Shown one piece after another: positions 9,922 through 20,640 of a stretch of DNA of 64,000 nt. The position numbers and the translations under genes were made by a program. Within the stretch, counting starts at the first letter, position 1; every line of letters begins with the position of its first letter. This stretch comes from Eledone cirrhosa (lineage: Eukaryota): positions 403,434,001-403,498,000 of the forward strand of contig OZ024740.1 of assembly GCA_964016885.1 (NCBI GenBank), read 5' to 3'. The notes beneath the pieces are model-generated. The model searched no databases. It had not been told where the DNA came from and saw nothing but the letters and a program-made list of their open reading frames with translations.

Positions 9922-11160
9922 GCGATTAACAAAAATACAAAATTTGTTCAGTTAAATACGTCCAAAAACCTAAACGTATTTAGCACTTAATAGAAACAGA
10001 AAATGTAGTTTGTTTTAGCGATAGAATGGCTATTTGGACTTGAAATACGAAATGTGGATTGTTTTGAAAATACGCTAGGAGAGAGAGAGAGAGAGATGAA
10101 GTCTGTACATTACGTTTACATGAGAGTTTCGTTTGGACAGCAGGCAAAGAAATGAAATTTGGCGAAGTGAATTCCTATCATATATTTATAGGGAGAGAGA
10201 GAGAGAGAGAGAGTGCGAGGGTAGGGGGCCACATGATGGCTGTGGGTGTTAGGCGTTTGACCGCCCCGTGCCTTCGAAGAAGGAAGAAGGAAAGGATTTT
10301 GCTTTTTTGTTTTGAAGATACGCTAGAATTAGGGATTGGGGTTTGAAAATACGTTAGGAATTAAGGTTTGAAAATAGCTAGCAAGAAGGTAATGATTGAG
10401 ATGGGTCTATGCATTTAACAAGCGATTAACAAAAATACAAAATTTGTTCAGTTAAATACGTCCAAAAACCTAAACGTATTTAGCACTTAATAGAAACAGA
10501 AAATGTAGTTTGTTTTAGCGATAGAATGGCTATTTGGACTTGAAATACGAAATGTGGATTGTTTTGAAAATACGCTAGGAGAGAGAGAGAGAGAGATGAA
10601 GTCTGTACATTACGTTTACATGAGAGTTTCGTTTGTACAGCAGGCAAAGAAATGAAATTTGGCGAAGTGAATTCCTATCATATATTTATAGGGAGAGAGA
10701 GAGAGAGAGAGAGTGCGAGGGTAGGGGGCCACATGATGGCTGTGGGTGTTAGGCGTTTGACCGCCCCGTGCCTTCGAAGAAGGAAGAAGGAAAGGATTTT
10801 GCTTTTTTGTTTTGAAGATACGCTAGAATTAGGGATTGGGGTTTGAAAATACGTTAGGAATTAAGGTTTGAAAATAGCTAGCAAGAAGGTAATGATTGAG
10901 ATGGGTCTATGCATTTAACAAGCGATTAACAAAAATACAAAATTTGTTCAGTTAAATACGTCCAAAAACCTAAACGTATTTAGCACTTAATAGAAACAGA
11001 AAATGTAGTTTGTTTTAGCGATAGAATGGCTATTTGGACTTGAAATACGAAATGTGGATTGTTTTGAAAATACGCTAGGAGAGAGAGAGAGAGAGATGAA
11101 GTCTGTACATTACGTTTACATGAGAGTTTCGTTTGGACAGCAGGCAAAGAAATGAAATTT
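9916..11160. repeat. Tandem 500-bp monomers (two full copies plus 245 bp)
   Basis: TAACAAGCGATTAAC starts at 9916, 10416 and 10916. Only one difference was noticed (G/T at 10636). Confidence 0.97.
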
Positions 11161-12575
11161 TTGATAAATTTATGGTTTGCATAAAAGAACCCCTATAGTT
11201 TGTATTGATTACCAACACGTGGAAGTAATTAAAGATAAAATTGATGCTTTAATAATTTATCTTTAGAATATTACATAAATGTTCAATATATATATGTACA
11301 AATTTCAGGGACAAATGTAGGGTGATAGGAAGGTAAACTTGTTATTGTAGCAATATGACTGTTATAGGAAATGCATTGTATGTATGTCTGCGTGTGTTTG
11401 TGTGTAAACTTTAAAGAGATACAGACACACATATTATTAGGGTTGATCTATTGCACAAATGATTTATTTTAGTCAATTATTGTATTTATTTTCAACTTCA
11501 ACCAGTAACGTTGGTACAAACATTTGGAAATCATTTAGTATTTCAATGGAGATTTTAACACAGGACAAGCTAAAAAAATTATGTTGGGGCCAATTTAATT
11601 AATTGTAACTACACACCACAGATTTCAGGTCAAGGAAAATCATTATTTTTACTTATGCTTATTCATGCTGGTATGGGCTGGATTGAGGTTTTTGTAGCAG
11701 TGTTTAATAGCCTACTGTCTGCTGATTCCAGCCTTATCAGTCATTTCTTACATCATGCATGGATAAATAATATTATGCCAAAGTACAGATGATGGTTGAA
11801 AGAGTAGAAATCACAAACATATACACTACTGTATATAAATGCTCTGAGTTCAAATTCTGTTGTAGGTTGATTTGTCTTTCATCTCTCCAGAATCGCATTC
11901 AATGAAATTAGTAACTTTGTAATAATAGGAGCAATGTAATCGAATTACCCTTCATTCCATATTAAAAATATATTGATTTCTTACAATAGCACAAAGATAA
12001 AGCTGACAATGTGGAGATTTAACCTTAGACTACAGTGGGTCAAAACTAAACACTATAAGGTAGGTTCAGTGCTCAAGTAGTACTACAACTTTATTGCCTT
12101 CTGCTATAGAAATGTTGGCTTCATGCCTGCTCAAAAAGAAGTATTATTTATTCAAGTCATTTTCTTTTTACTTCAGTGAAACTCTAAATCGTTACAAAGC
12201 TCTAATTATTTACTATAGTCAGAGGAAAGAGTATGAAATAGATAAACGCATTTCATTAATATATTGATTTCTAACACTGGCACACAGCCACAAATTTGTA
12301 GGCAAGAGGTATAATAGTCAAATGAATTGACCCTCTGCGAGGGATGAAAGGCGAAATGAACACTGGCAGGATTCAAACTCTCAATGTAAACAGATGTAAC
12401 TAAATGACACCAGCTCACACTTCTGTTTCTACCACACTACAACCATACACATCTTTAATTTATTACCGAATACAAAAGGTTACATGTTTTGCTTTAAATT
12501 GAATGCAGTGATACACATTTTTATGACACAAAGATAATGAGTCAGAAAAGAGAAAATGCAATGAAAAAAAATAAT

Positions 12576-12763
12576 TGTTTCTACTTTTGGCACAAGGCCA
12601 GCAATTATTCCAGTGCATTACTGGTACTTTATTTTATCGACCCCGTAAGGATGAAAGGCAAAGTTAACCTCGGCGGGATTTGAACTCAGATCATAAAGGG
12701 AGGTAACTCTATGCTTCAAAGCATGGCGTCCGACCCTTACCGATACTGCCAATCCACCGTCCT
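12576..12763 (-). mobile_element. tRNA-type SINE (family A, short variant), part of a TSD-bounded insertion running to 12888
   Basis: A-box-like TGGCAGTATCGG and B-box GAGTTCAAATCC on the minus strand. An 18-bp direct repeat lies at 12558-12575 and 12889-12906. Confidence 0.9.
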
Positions 12764-12961
12764 TTATATACAATATTCTGCGAGGCATACACACACATAT
12801 TTCATTTCCTCATCATCACAGTAAACATTATAGTAAGATAATAGCGCAACACAATTTACTTCATCATATAACATACGTGGTTCTACACGCAATGAAAAAA
12901 AATAATGATTGAAGTTTTAATCATCTGTGACTGATCATGAAAGCTATTTATCATCATTTAA

Positions 12962-13168
12962 CCCTTTAGCATTTATATTACTCTATATATACTATTGTAT
13001 TTTTACAGTAAAGGCTTTACCTCACATAATTATTGGATCTACAAGATTTTGTTATTATTTATTTTGAGAACAACATTATTTTGAGAACAACATTATGGTT
13101 ATGGCCAGTTTGAACAGAAAAAGGTGACAGAATTCTGGCCAGATACAGCCGGTTTAAATGCTAAAGAG
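12962..13168. mobile_element. piggyBac-type MITE (family M1)
   Basis: TTAA|CCCTTTAGCATTTA ... TAAATGCTAAAGAG|TTTA, with a paralog at 16381-16720. Confidence 0.8.
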
Positions 13169-13249
13169 TTTAAAAATTATTTTACTCATATTTTCAACTA
13201 GAAATAACCACACCTCAGATTCACCTCATTTTCCATGTACCACCTCTGT

Positions 13250-13471
13250 ATGGTGGATTAGCAGACTCATTAGAGTGTCAGACAAAATGCTTTAGAATAT
13301 TCATTCATGGCTCTTTATGTTCTGAGTTGAAATTCCTATGAGGTCAGCTTTGCCATTTATCTTTCCAGGGTCAATAAAATAAAGCACCACAAAAGTATTG
13401 GCGGTTGATGTATTTTACTTATCCTTTCATATCAAAATTGCAGTCCTTGTGCCTAAATTAGAAACCATTAT
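13250..13471 (+). mobile_element. tRNA-type SINE (family A, diverged)
   Basis: GGTGGATTAGCAG...CTGAGTTGAAATTCC..GAGGTCAGCTTTGCC...CCTTGTGCCTAAATTAGAAAC. Confidence 0.8.
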
Positions 13472-13922
13472 TTTTCTTGTATAAACTGTTCCACAAATTT
13501 TAGATTTCTAGGGCAGCAAAGATGGCTGCGACAAGTATGTCAATGAAAAATGATTTTATTTTACTTCTTCTCAGTTCTTGGTTCTTGGTAAAATCCCATT
13601 CAGGTTTAACCTTTTGTGAGGATAATAGAACTACTAGTAACATATCAGGGTTGATAAATTATCTATAGCATTCCAAATAATGTAGTATTCATGCCCTTCC
13701 AATAAATATTAGTACACAGTTCAAATCACAGTGAGTAACACACTCTTTTGTACTTATCTATCATATTTTTTCTGTTATTCTTTTGCTGGTTTCAGCATAA
13801 AACTATATCCACACTGAAGCATTGCCTTGATTTAGATGACCCCAATACTTATTTTTTAAGTCTTGTAATTATTTCATCAATCCCTTTTGTTGAGACACTA
13901 GATTATGGGACATAAATACAGA

Positions 13923-13978
13923 CACACACACACACACACACGCTCACACTCATATATACACACACATACATACACACA

Positions 13979-14049
<71 letters not shown>

Positions 14050-14060
14050 CACACACACAC
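13923..14060. repeat. (CA)n microsatellite
   Basis: Direct reading. Confidence 0.98.
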
Positions 14061-14126
14061 ATGACTTGTAACCATTTTGATACCAACCTACCCGACACTC
14101 TCTGATTCTATGACACAAAAGTGTTT

Positions 14127-14127
<1 letters not shown>

Positions 14128-14161
<34 letters not shown>

Positions 14162-14198
14162 TTAACATCTGTTTTTCCTGTTAGCAAGGATTGGACGT
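14128..14198 (-). mobile_element. Very short RTE 3'-end relic with expanded (CAT)n tail
   Basis: (CAT)n-TTAACATCTGTTTTTCCTGTTAGCAAGGATTGGACG matches the RTE tail junction. Confidence 0.7.
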
Positions 14199-14581
14199 TC
14201 ATCTTTAAATTAAAATCTTTCAAAATAATGTTATGCAAAAAAGCTTTTGTTAAGTTGTTTTCCACACACCAGTTTCATAAAGAAGTTATTTTACTAAATT
14301 CTTCTAAATACTTTCTTGATTATTTCCAAAATTAAAACACATGAGCTAAGTATTTAATTAGAAATATGGCTGTAAAATGGTTGAGTAAAATAAAAGAAAA
14401 CAAATGGATATGATTTTTTAGATGAACTTATTTGGTAAATGACTTCATCTGAAAACATTTATTGAAACTGAAGTGAACGCAAATGTGTTCTGGTAAGACT
14501 ATTTTAGCCATTTAAGAACACGTGTCAACAACATGAACTAAATAAAAATTGAATATAACATTTTTCTTTTTGTATTCTTAA

Positions 14582-14756
14582 CCCTTTTGTTATATTCCTA
14601 ATAAAATATATTACCTATGATTTTCTATTAGTTTTTTAAATAATCAAGAATTTGGAGGAATTTTACATAATATTATAATGGAAGTTTTAAATTTAAATAT
14701 GAACACTTTAAAACAAATAGTTTGATATCATAGAACTAGTAACAGTATCAAAAGGG
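14582..14756. mobile_element. piggyBac-type MITE (family M2)
   Basis: TTAA|CCCTTTTGTTA ... TATCAAAAGGG|TTAA: intact TTAA TSD and CCC/GGG termini. Confidence 0.75.
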
Positions 14757-14827
14757 TTAAATAGCTAAAAAGGTTCTTCTGTCATGTAAGCAATTATAAA
14801 CTTAAGAAAAGGAAAGTATTCAATTAC

Positions 14828-14886
14828 CTGTGTTTTTCTTTCTTTTCTTTATTTTAATAGCTTTTTGTGTTGTTCTTTTTCTGAGT
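14828..14886 (-). other. Candidate 59-bp internal exon (speculative)
   Basis: TTTTCACTTTTCAAG| acceptor, open Lys/Arg-rich frame LRKRTTQKAIKIKKRKKNT and CAG|GTAATT donor. No homology support. Confidence 0.2.
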
Positions 14887-15182
14887 CTTGAAAAGTGAAA
14901 AGTAAATTTAGGCAGTTATGTTTTTAGTGGCCTTCAGTTAATTTAGCCATCAGCCACTTGGTCAGTTTAGCTGAGAAGTTGATCAATGATGAATGAAATA
15001 GAAAAGTAAATAAACTTGTGATTTCACTAATTGGCAAAGGATGATTATTAGGTTGCTTGGAGACTAAGCTGCAGTCAGTGGAAAAAAACATAAATCCAGC
15101 AGCTGATAGTAATGAGCATGAACTTCTGATGTAGTCGCTTCTTTAGATAGACAGCCTTATGTTTTTGTTATGGTATTATACA

Positions 15183-15320
15183 TGATTGAAGGGTTAAGAA
15201 ATTTGCTTCGCAATCATGAGGTTTCAAGTTCAAGTCCACTGTGTGGCATCTTAGGCAAATGTCTTTATGATAGCCTCAAGTTGATCTGAACCATGTGAGG
15301 GAAATTGTGTAGACAGAGTT
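15183..15320 (+). mobile_element. Decayed SINE (family B, CORE-like)
   Basis: B-box-like AGTTCAAGTCC followed by ACTGTGTGGCATCTTAGGCAAATGTC; homologous to 1953-2080. Confidence 0.65.
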
Positions 15321-15926
15321 CACTCAGTTGTAAGCTTTGAGGTCAGGTCTTTGGCTTAAGAATTACGACCTCCATTTCACAAGTTCCAGAGTTTGTGAAA
15401 AGGATCATGAGCATTGACCTTCTCTGACTAAACAGTACAAAAATACAAAACCAAAAAAAACACTATTGTCCAATTTGTCTTCATTAAAGATGGTAGGGTG
15501 TGATTTGAGGTAAATTTGGCTGTTATTTCAAGCAGGTGGGTCAACCATGCAGAAGCTCCTTCATTTGCTAGTGGTTCTTTTGGAAGGTAATGGTGATGGA
15601 GTGATAGTGAGGATATCAGTGGTGCCAGTTGTGATACCAGTTGTATTGCTAGTTTCTCATTTTAACACAATGCCAACCTTCACACAAAGGATAGTATAGT
15701 TGAATGAATCAGCCCTGTTGTTTCTTGGAGGGACAAAAATACTATGCAACCTCTCATGAGATTGGTAATCAGCATACTGAGGGATAAATACATTGCTGTA
15801 CCTTCTCTAGTATCCTTTATGCAGTTATTCAACCTATTAGAAATAGCACCCAAATCACCCTCAAATTATATCCTGTTATCTTAAAAAAAAAAAAAAGAGC
15901 AAATTCAATAATGTATTCTGGATAAA

Positions 15927-15972
15927 CTCCTCCTCCTCCTCCTCCTCCTCTTCCTCCTCCTCCTCCTCCTCC

Positions 15973-16009
<37 letters not shown>

Positions 16010-16200
16010 TTCATGTCTGTTTTCTGTGCTGGTATGAATTGAACATATTGAACCTAGGTGGGCTGGAGAACCAAATCTTGACCATATATTCCATATTTTG
16101 GCACGGTTTCTATGGCTGGATGCTCTTATGTACTGGGTGAATTTTATTGTGACCCCAATACTAGAGATATTGTCAACTTCTTGACAGGACTAAAGTGTCC
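15927..16200 (-). mobile_element. (CCT)n(CAT)n microsatellite grown on an RTE 3'UTR relic
   Basis: The repeat tract at 15927-16008 is followed by a degenerate tail junction and TTTCTATGGCTGGATGC. Confidence 0.7.
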
Positions 16201-16380
16201 ACTGTACCCTATGCTGTCTTGATAAGAAAAAATGGTATGATCATAGTTGGAATGTCTTTGATCATAGAGTTTGATTGATAAGGGCAGACTGAGGGTTAAA
16301 TAACATCAACAACAACAAAAAACAATACCTTGTCAATTATTTCTCACAATATTTAGAAAATGTGTAGCATAGTTGATTAA

Positions 16381-16720
16381 CCCTTTAGAATTTACATTAC
16401 TCTATATATATACTACTGTATTTTTGTGGTAAAGGCTTTATCTCACATAATTATCTTACATAATATCGAATCTATGAGATTTTGATGTTATTTATTTTGA
16501 ATCCCGCCGAGGTTGACTTTGCCTTTCATCCTTACGGGGTCGATAAAATAAAGTACCAGTAATGTACTGGGTAATTGCTGACCTTGTGCCTAAAGTAGAA
16601 ACAGTTATTTATTTTGAGAACAATAATTTAACGTCAGTATGAGTGGCTGGTTACAGTTAGTTTGAACAGAAAGAAGTGAGAGAGTTCTGGCCAGATATGG
16701 CGAGTTTAAATGCTAAAGGT
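16381..16720. mobile_element. piggyBac-type MITE (family M1) carrying a nested SINE fragment
   Basis: TTAA|CCCTTTAGAATTTA ... TAAATGCTAAAGG. Colinear with 12962-13168 apart from the insert. Confidence 0.8.
16501..16603 (+). mobile_element. 5'-truncated family A SINE with 14-bp TSD
   Basis: GTTATTTATTTTGA at 16487-16500 and 16604-16617; the body matches the 3' half of the SINE. Confidence 0.92.
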
Positions 16721-16905
16721 TTAGTCAATTCCACTTTGTAACTGATATTTATTTTATCAACCCCTGAAGGATGAAAAATAACCTCAACTGTAAAAGGATT
16801 TCAACTCAGAATATAGAAGGACTAGAGATGCAAGACTTTCTTTAGTCCATTACTCTATCATTTATGTTACCCTACAATGCTCTTCTTCACATATACAACC
16901 TAGTT

Positions 16906-18111
16906 TTATATATAGTAGAATGAATATTAATTACATTTATATATAGTAGAATGAATATTAATTACATTTATATATAGTAGAATGAATATTAATTACATTT
17001 ATATATAGTAGAAGGAATATTAATTACATTTATATATAGTAGAATGAATATTAATTATATTTATATATAGTAGAATGAATATTAATTACATTTATATATA
17101 GTAGAAGGAATATTAATTACATTTATATATAGTAGAATGAATATTAATTATATTTATATATAGTAGAATGAATATTAATTACATTTATATATAGTAGAAT
17201 GAATATTAATTACATTTATATATAGTAGAATGAATATTAATTACATTTATATATAGTAGAATGAATATTAATTATATTTATATATAGTAGAAGGAATATT
17301 AATTATATTTATATATAGTAGAAGGAATATTAATTATATTTATATATAGTAGAAGGAATATTAATTACATTTATATATAGTAGAATGAATATTAATTATA
17401 TTTATATATAGTAGAATGAATATTAATTACATTTATATATAGTAGAATGAATATTAATTACATTTATATATAGTAGAATGAATATTAATTACATTTATAT
17501 ATAGTAGAATGAATATTAATTATATTTATATATAGTAGAAGGAATATTAATTATATTTATATATAGTAGAAGGAATATTAATTATATTTATATATAGTAG
17601 AAGGAATATTAATTACATTTATATATAGTAGAATGAATATTAATTACATTTATATATAGTAGAAGGAATATTAATTACATTTATATATAGTAGAATGAAT
17701 ATTAATTATATTTATATATAGTAGAAGGAATATTAATTATATTTATATATAGTAGAAGGAATATTAATTACATTTATATATAGTAGAATGAATATTAATT
17801 ATATTTATATATAGTAGAAGGAATATTAATTACATTTATATATAGTAGAATGAATATTAATTACATTTATATATAGTAGAATGAATATTAATTACATTTA
17901 TATATAGTAGAATGAATATTAATTACATTTATATATAGTAGAATGAATATTAATTACATTTATATATAGTAGAATGAATATTAATTACATTTATATATAG
18001 TAGAATGAATATTAATTACATTTATATATAGTAGAATGAATATTAATTATATTTATATATAGTAGAAGGAATATTAATTACATTTATATATAGTAGAATG
18101 AATATTAATTA
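16906..18111. repeat. 31-bp AT-rich minisatellite, ~39 copies
   Basis: Unit TAGTAGAA(T/G)GAATATTAATTA(C/T)ATTTATATA. Confidence 0.97.
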
Positions 18112-18151
18112 TCTCCAGAATGATACCCTAAAGTGCTTGATATTTAAATAC

Positions 18152-18408
18152 CAGGGGTCACTATGACTACCTAGGGGGTCAACTGTACGTGTGGGTCAAA
18201 TCTGACATTTGTATAAGGAATGAAAATACAGAAAATATAACTTGCTAATACTGGTTTTTGATTAATTTATAATTAGTCTTTATTATCTGTTTATTTTATA
18301 TTATTTACTGATTTATTTATTTACTTATTTTTGTACATACCTGGCGTCAAAGAGGAGGTCAAGGTCTCTATGAAGTGGTCAATGGTCTAACATGTTTGGT
18401 GATCCCTG
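18152..18408. mobile_element. Possible decayed hAT-type MITE
   Basis: CAGGGGTCAC ... TTTGGTGATCCCTG termini; no 8-bp TSD seen. Confidence 0.3.
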
Positions 18409-18566
18409 ATCTACAGTGTCTTGTAATTATTTCCTTTCTTGAATCCCAGAATTTCTGATGGGGTTGTGGGGGGGCACTGTTGTATCATGTGGTCAGTCTT
18501 GAACATTTTAATTTTGGCAGAGTTATCCCTTTTATGGCTTGACCATCGTCAGTTTCTTCCAGAGCC

Positions 18567-18567
<1 letters not shown>

Positions 18568-18649
<82 letters not shown>

Positions 18650-18704
18650 AGAAGAAGAAGAAGAAGAAGAAGAAGAAGAAGAAGAAGAAGAAGAAGAAGA
18701 AGAA
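18568..18704. repeat. (GA)n(GAA)n compound microsatellite
   Basis: Direct reading. Confidence 0.98.
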
Positions 18705-18942
18705 ATTACTCTAGTTATGAACTTCTACTTTATTCTTCAGTAGTACTGACAGGATGAAATGCAAAATTGACCTAAGTAGGATTTGAACTCAAAGTGCAGA
18801 GGACTAAAATAAATAGCGGGAGATATTTGATGTGAGCCAATTTACAACCATATAATTATTTTATCAACTTTGTAAAGACAATGGTTGAATTATTGAATAG
18901 ATGGATAAAGAAGTATTACAGAAGTGTGAAGGTAAGTAGATA

Positions 18943-20487
18943 TGTTTCTTTTATTTGCCACTAGGGCATCAAAAGTGGGACAAGTACAAAGGGGGGAGTT
19001 TACACAAAAAGGCGTCCTCAATAAGGAGGAGGCAATAACAAAATATAAAAATAAAATAAGATATAACAAAAAATAAAATTTTTAACAAAATCCTCAATAG
19101 AGAGGAGGCGCCTTGGGGGGTTGCACACACCCCCGAAAAAAGTGTGCAACCCTTCTCCTCAGGAGCACAGAGAAGGGGTGCTCCCTTGGTCTTTCATCTT
19201 CCTCACCTATAGTCTGATGTAGAGTGAAGGCCCATTCACACGGGCCATTCTCGCCACTTTCACCCATCTTTCATAGAAACGGCTGGGGTGCAGCACCTCT
19301 CTCTCCATCCTGATCCTTCTTCCGAAATGATATCGGAAGAAACGGACCAGTTGTTGGCCAGAGAGAAAGGTGCCTGACCTCAGTCCTTTCAGACGCGTCC
19401 ACCATACAACCTCTTTCGCCATGGCTATTACGCACAGAAACACCGCCTCTGCTTCATCTTTGAAGGGGGGAGGCGGCTTGATCATTACAATAGACTCGGT
19501 GGTCAACCGGATCGGTCCCACCCTTGACAGCAGTTGTTCGACATAGCCCCACAGATCGGCTACGCCCGAGCAGTGTACCAATGCGTGTGCAACGGTTTCC
19601 TCGTCGCACACGCATCTGGGACAGATCTTTTTGGCGGGGTCCCTACCCGGGCGCCCGTGTCTGTAGAGCCTTTCTCGAACGGGTAAAGCCCCTCGGTAGC
19701 ACTGCCAGGCCAGGGATTTCTGGAAGTTGTCCATAGGTCCTGGGCTGAATGTCCTACCGAACAGGCTGGCCAGTTCGTCCTCCTCCATATCTAGGGCTTC
19801 TCCGAGGGCGTCGTCGCACCTGCTGCGTACCAGCCCTCTATAGAATGTTGCGGTGGAGTCTCCACTGATAACCGGATCCGCCTGCCAGAGGGCGGTGAGC
19901 GCCTGGGCACACTCAGTGTGCCAGGCGCCCAGTTTTCTCGGTCTTTGCTTGACCCAGGATTGCAGCTCGGTGAGTGAGACGAGTCTGGGAAAGGTTCGTC
20001 TCACAAACGAGGCCCACACCGGTTGTCCGGTGAGGAATACGTAGAGGTGCCGTAGCCTTAATGCGTGTTTACGCATCATTAGCCACGGCATCCCCAGCCC
20101 TCCTTTCGAAGGGTGTTGACAGCAGATGGATCTCCTCACCATAGGAGCCCGCCTCTTCCAAAGGAATTGGAAGAGCGCGCGCTCCATCTTGGTGAGGGTT
20201 TACCTTGGGCAGGGCACTACGGTCAGGCGGTAGTAGATGACGGACGCTATGTAGGTGTTCGCCACTTCCGCCCGACCTTTCAGGGATAGTTTGCAACTGG
20301 CCCACTTCTGGGTCAGTGCAAACACCCTGTTCGTAACCTCCACCCAGTTTTTCTCCACCTGGAGGTCCGGTCCGAACCAGACCCCGAGCAACTTCACCGG
20401 GCCCTCCGTCCAGCGTCCGACGACGCTATCGGGGGGCATCGGCCTGCCCCTCCACGTGCCGAGTTGCAAACCGATCGACTTGTCCCG
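18943..20487 (-). mobile_element. Tx1/L1-type LINE 3' fragment, copy 1 (5'-truncated, 8-bp TSD)
   Basis: TSD AGTAGATA at 18935-18942 and 20488-20495. The 3' end reads GCAAATAAAAGAAACA with no poly(A). Confidence 0.92.
19207..20469 (-). pseudogene. Tx1-like ORF2 C-terminus (RT thumb to CCHC zinc finger) with premature stop
   Basis: VKLLGVWFG, LSLKGRAEVAN, KGGLGMP, CPRC-x7-H-x4-C. In-frame TAA at 20200-20202 where copy 3 has GAA. Confidence 0.9.
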
Positions 20488-20516
20488 AGTAGATAGGTTG
20501 GTATATAAGTAGGAGT

Positions 20517-20603
20517 GTAGGTAGGTAGGTAGGTAGGTATGTAGGTAGGTAGGTAGGTAGGTAGGTAGGTAGGTAGGTAGGTAGGTAGGTAGGTAGGTAG
20601 GTA
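20517..20603 (+). repeat. (TAGG)n microsatellite at the satellite edge (duplicated at ~29995-30081)
   Basis: Direct reading. Confidence 0.97.
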
Positions 20604-20640
20604 GATGGCTAGGAAGGTGGGATTGTAGGTAGCTAAATGG

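Larger units (their letters stand above)
6115..11160 (-). mobile_element. Apparently full-length, young RTE-clade non-LTR retrotransposon
   Basis: (ATG)n tail at 6115-6136, 3'UTR to 6507, uninterrupted ORF and 5' tandem monomers. Possible TSD TTGAT at 6110-6114 and 11161-11165. The 5' boundary is less certain than the rest. Confidence 0.9.

Noticed and set aside
10222-10290. GGGGGCCACA...GCGTTTGACCGCCCC in the 500-bp monomer resembling an HDV/CPEB3-like ribozyme
   Set aside because: It is antisense to the element, and I could not build P1, P2 and J4/2 consistently. A candidate near 9600-9640 also lacks P2.
9916-11160. 500-bp repeats as LTRs, and their 64-aa ORFs as genes
   Set aside because: The repeats are adjacent in tandem on one side of a non-LTR ORF, with no PBS/PPT or gag/integrase. 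The ORFs run through (GA)n.
12690-12763. tRNA gene suggested by A/B boxes
   Set aside because: No cloverleaf; the boxes belong to multicopy SINE heads.
13560-13660. Possible minus-strand exon (SQKVKPEWDFTKNQELRR)
   Set aside because: There is an in-frame stop just upstream, no good acceptor, and the region resembles a decayed family A SINE.
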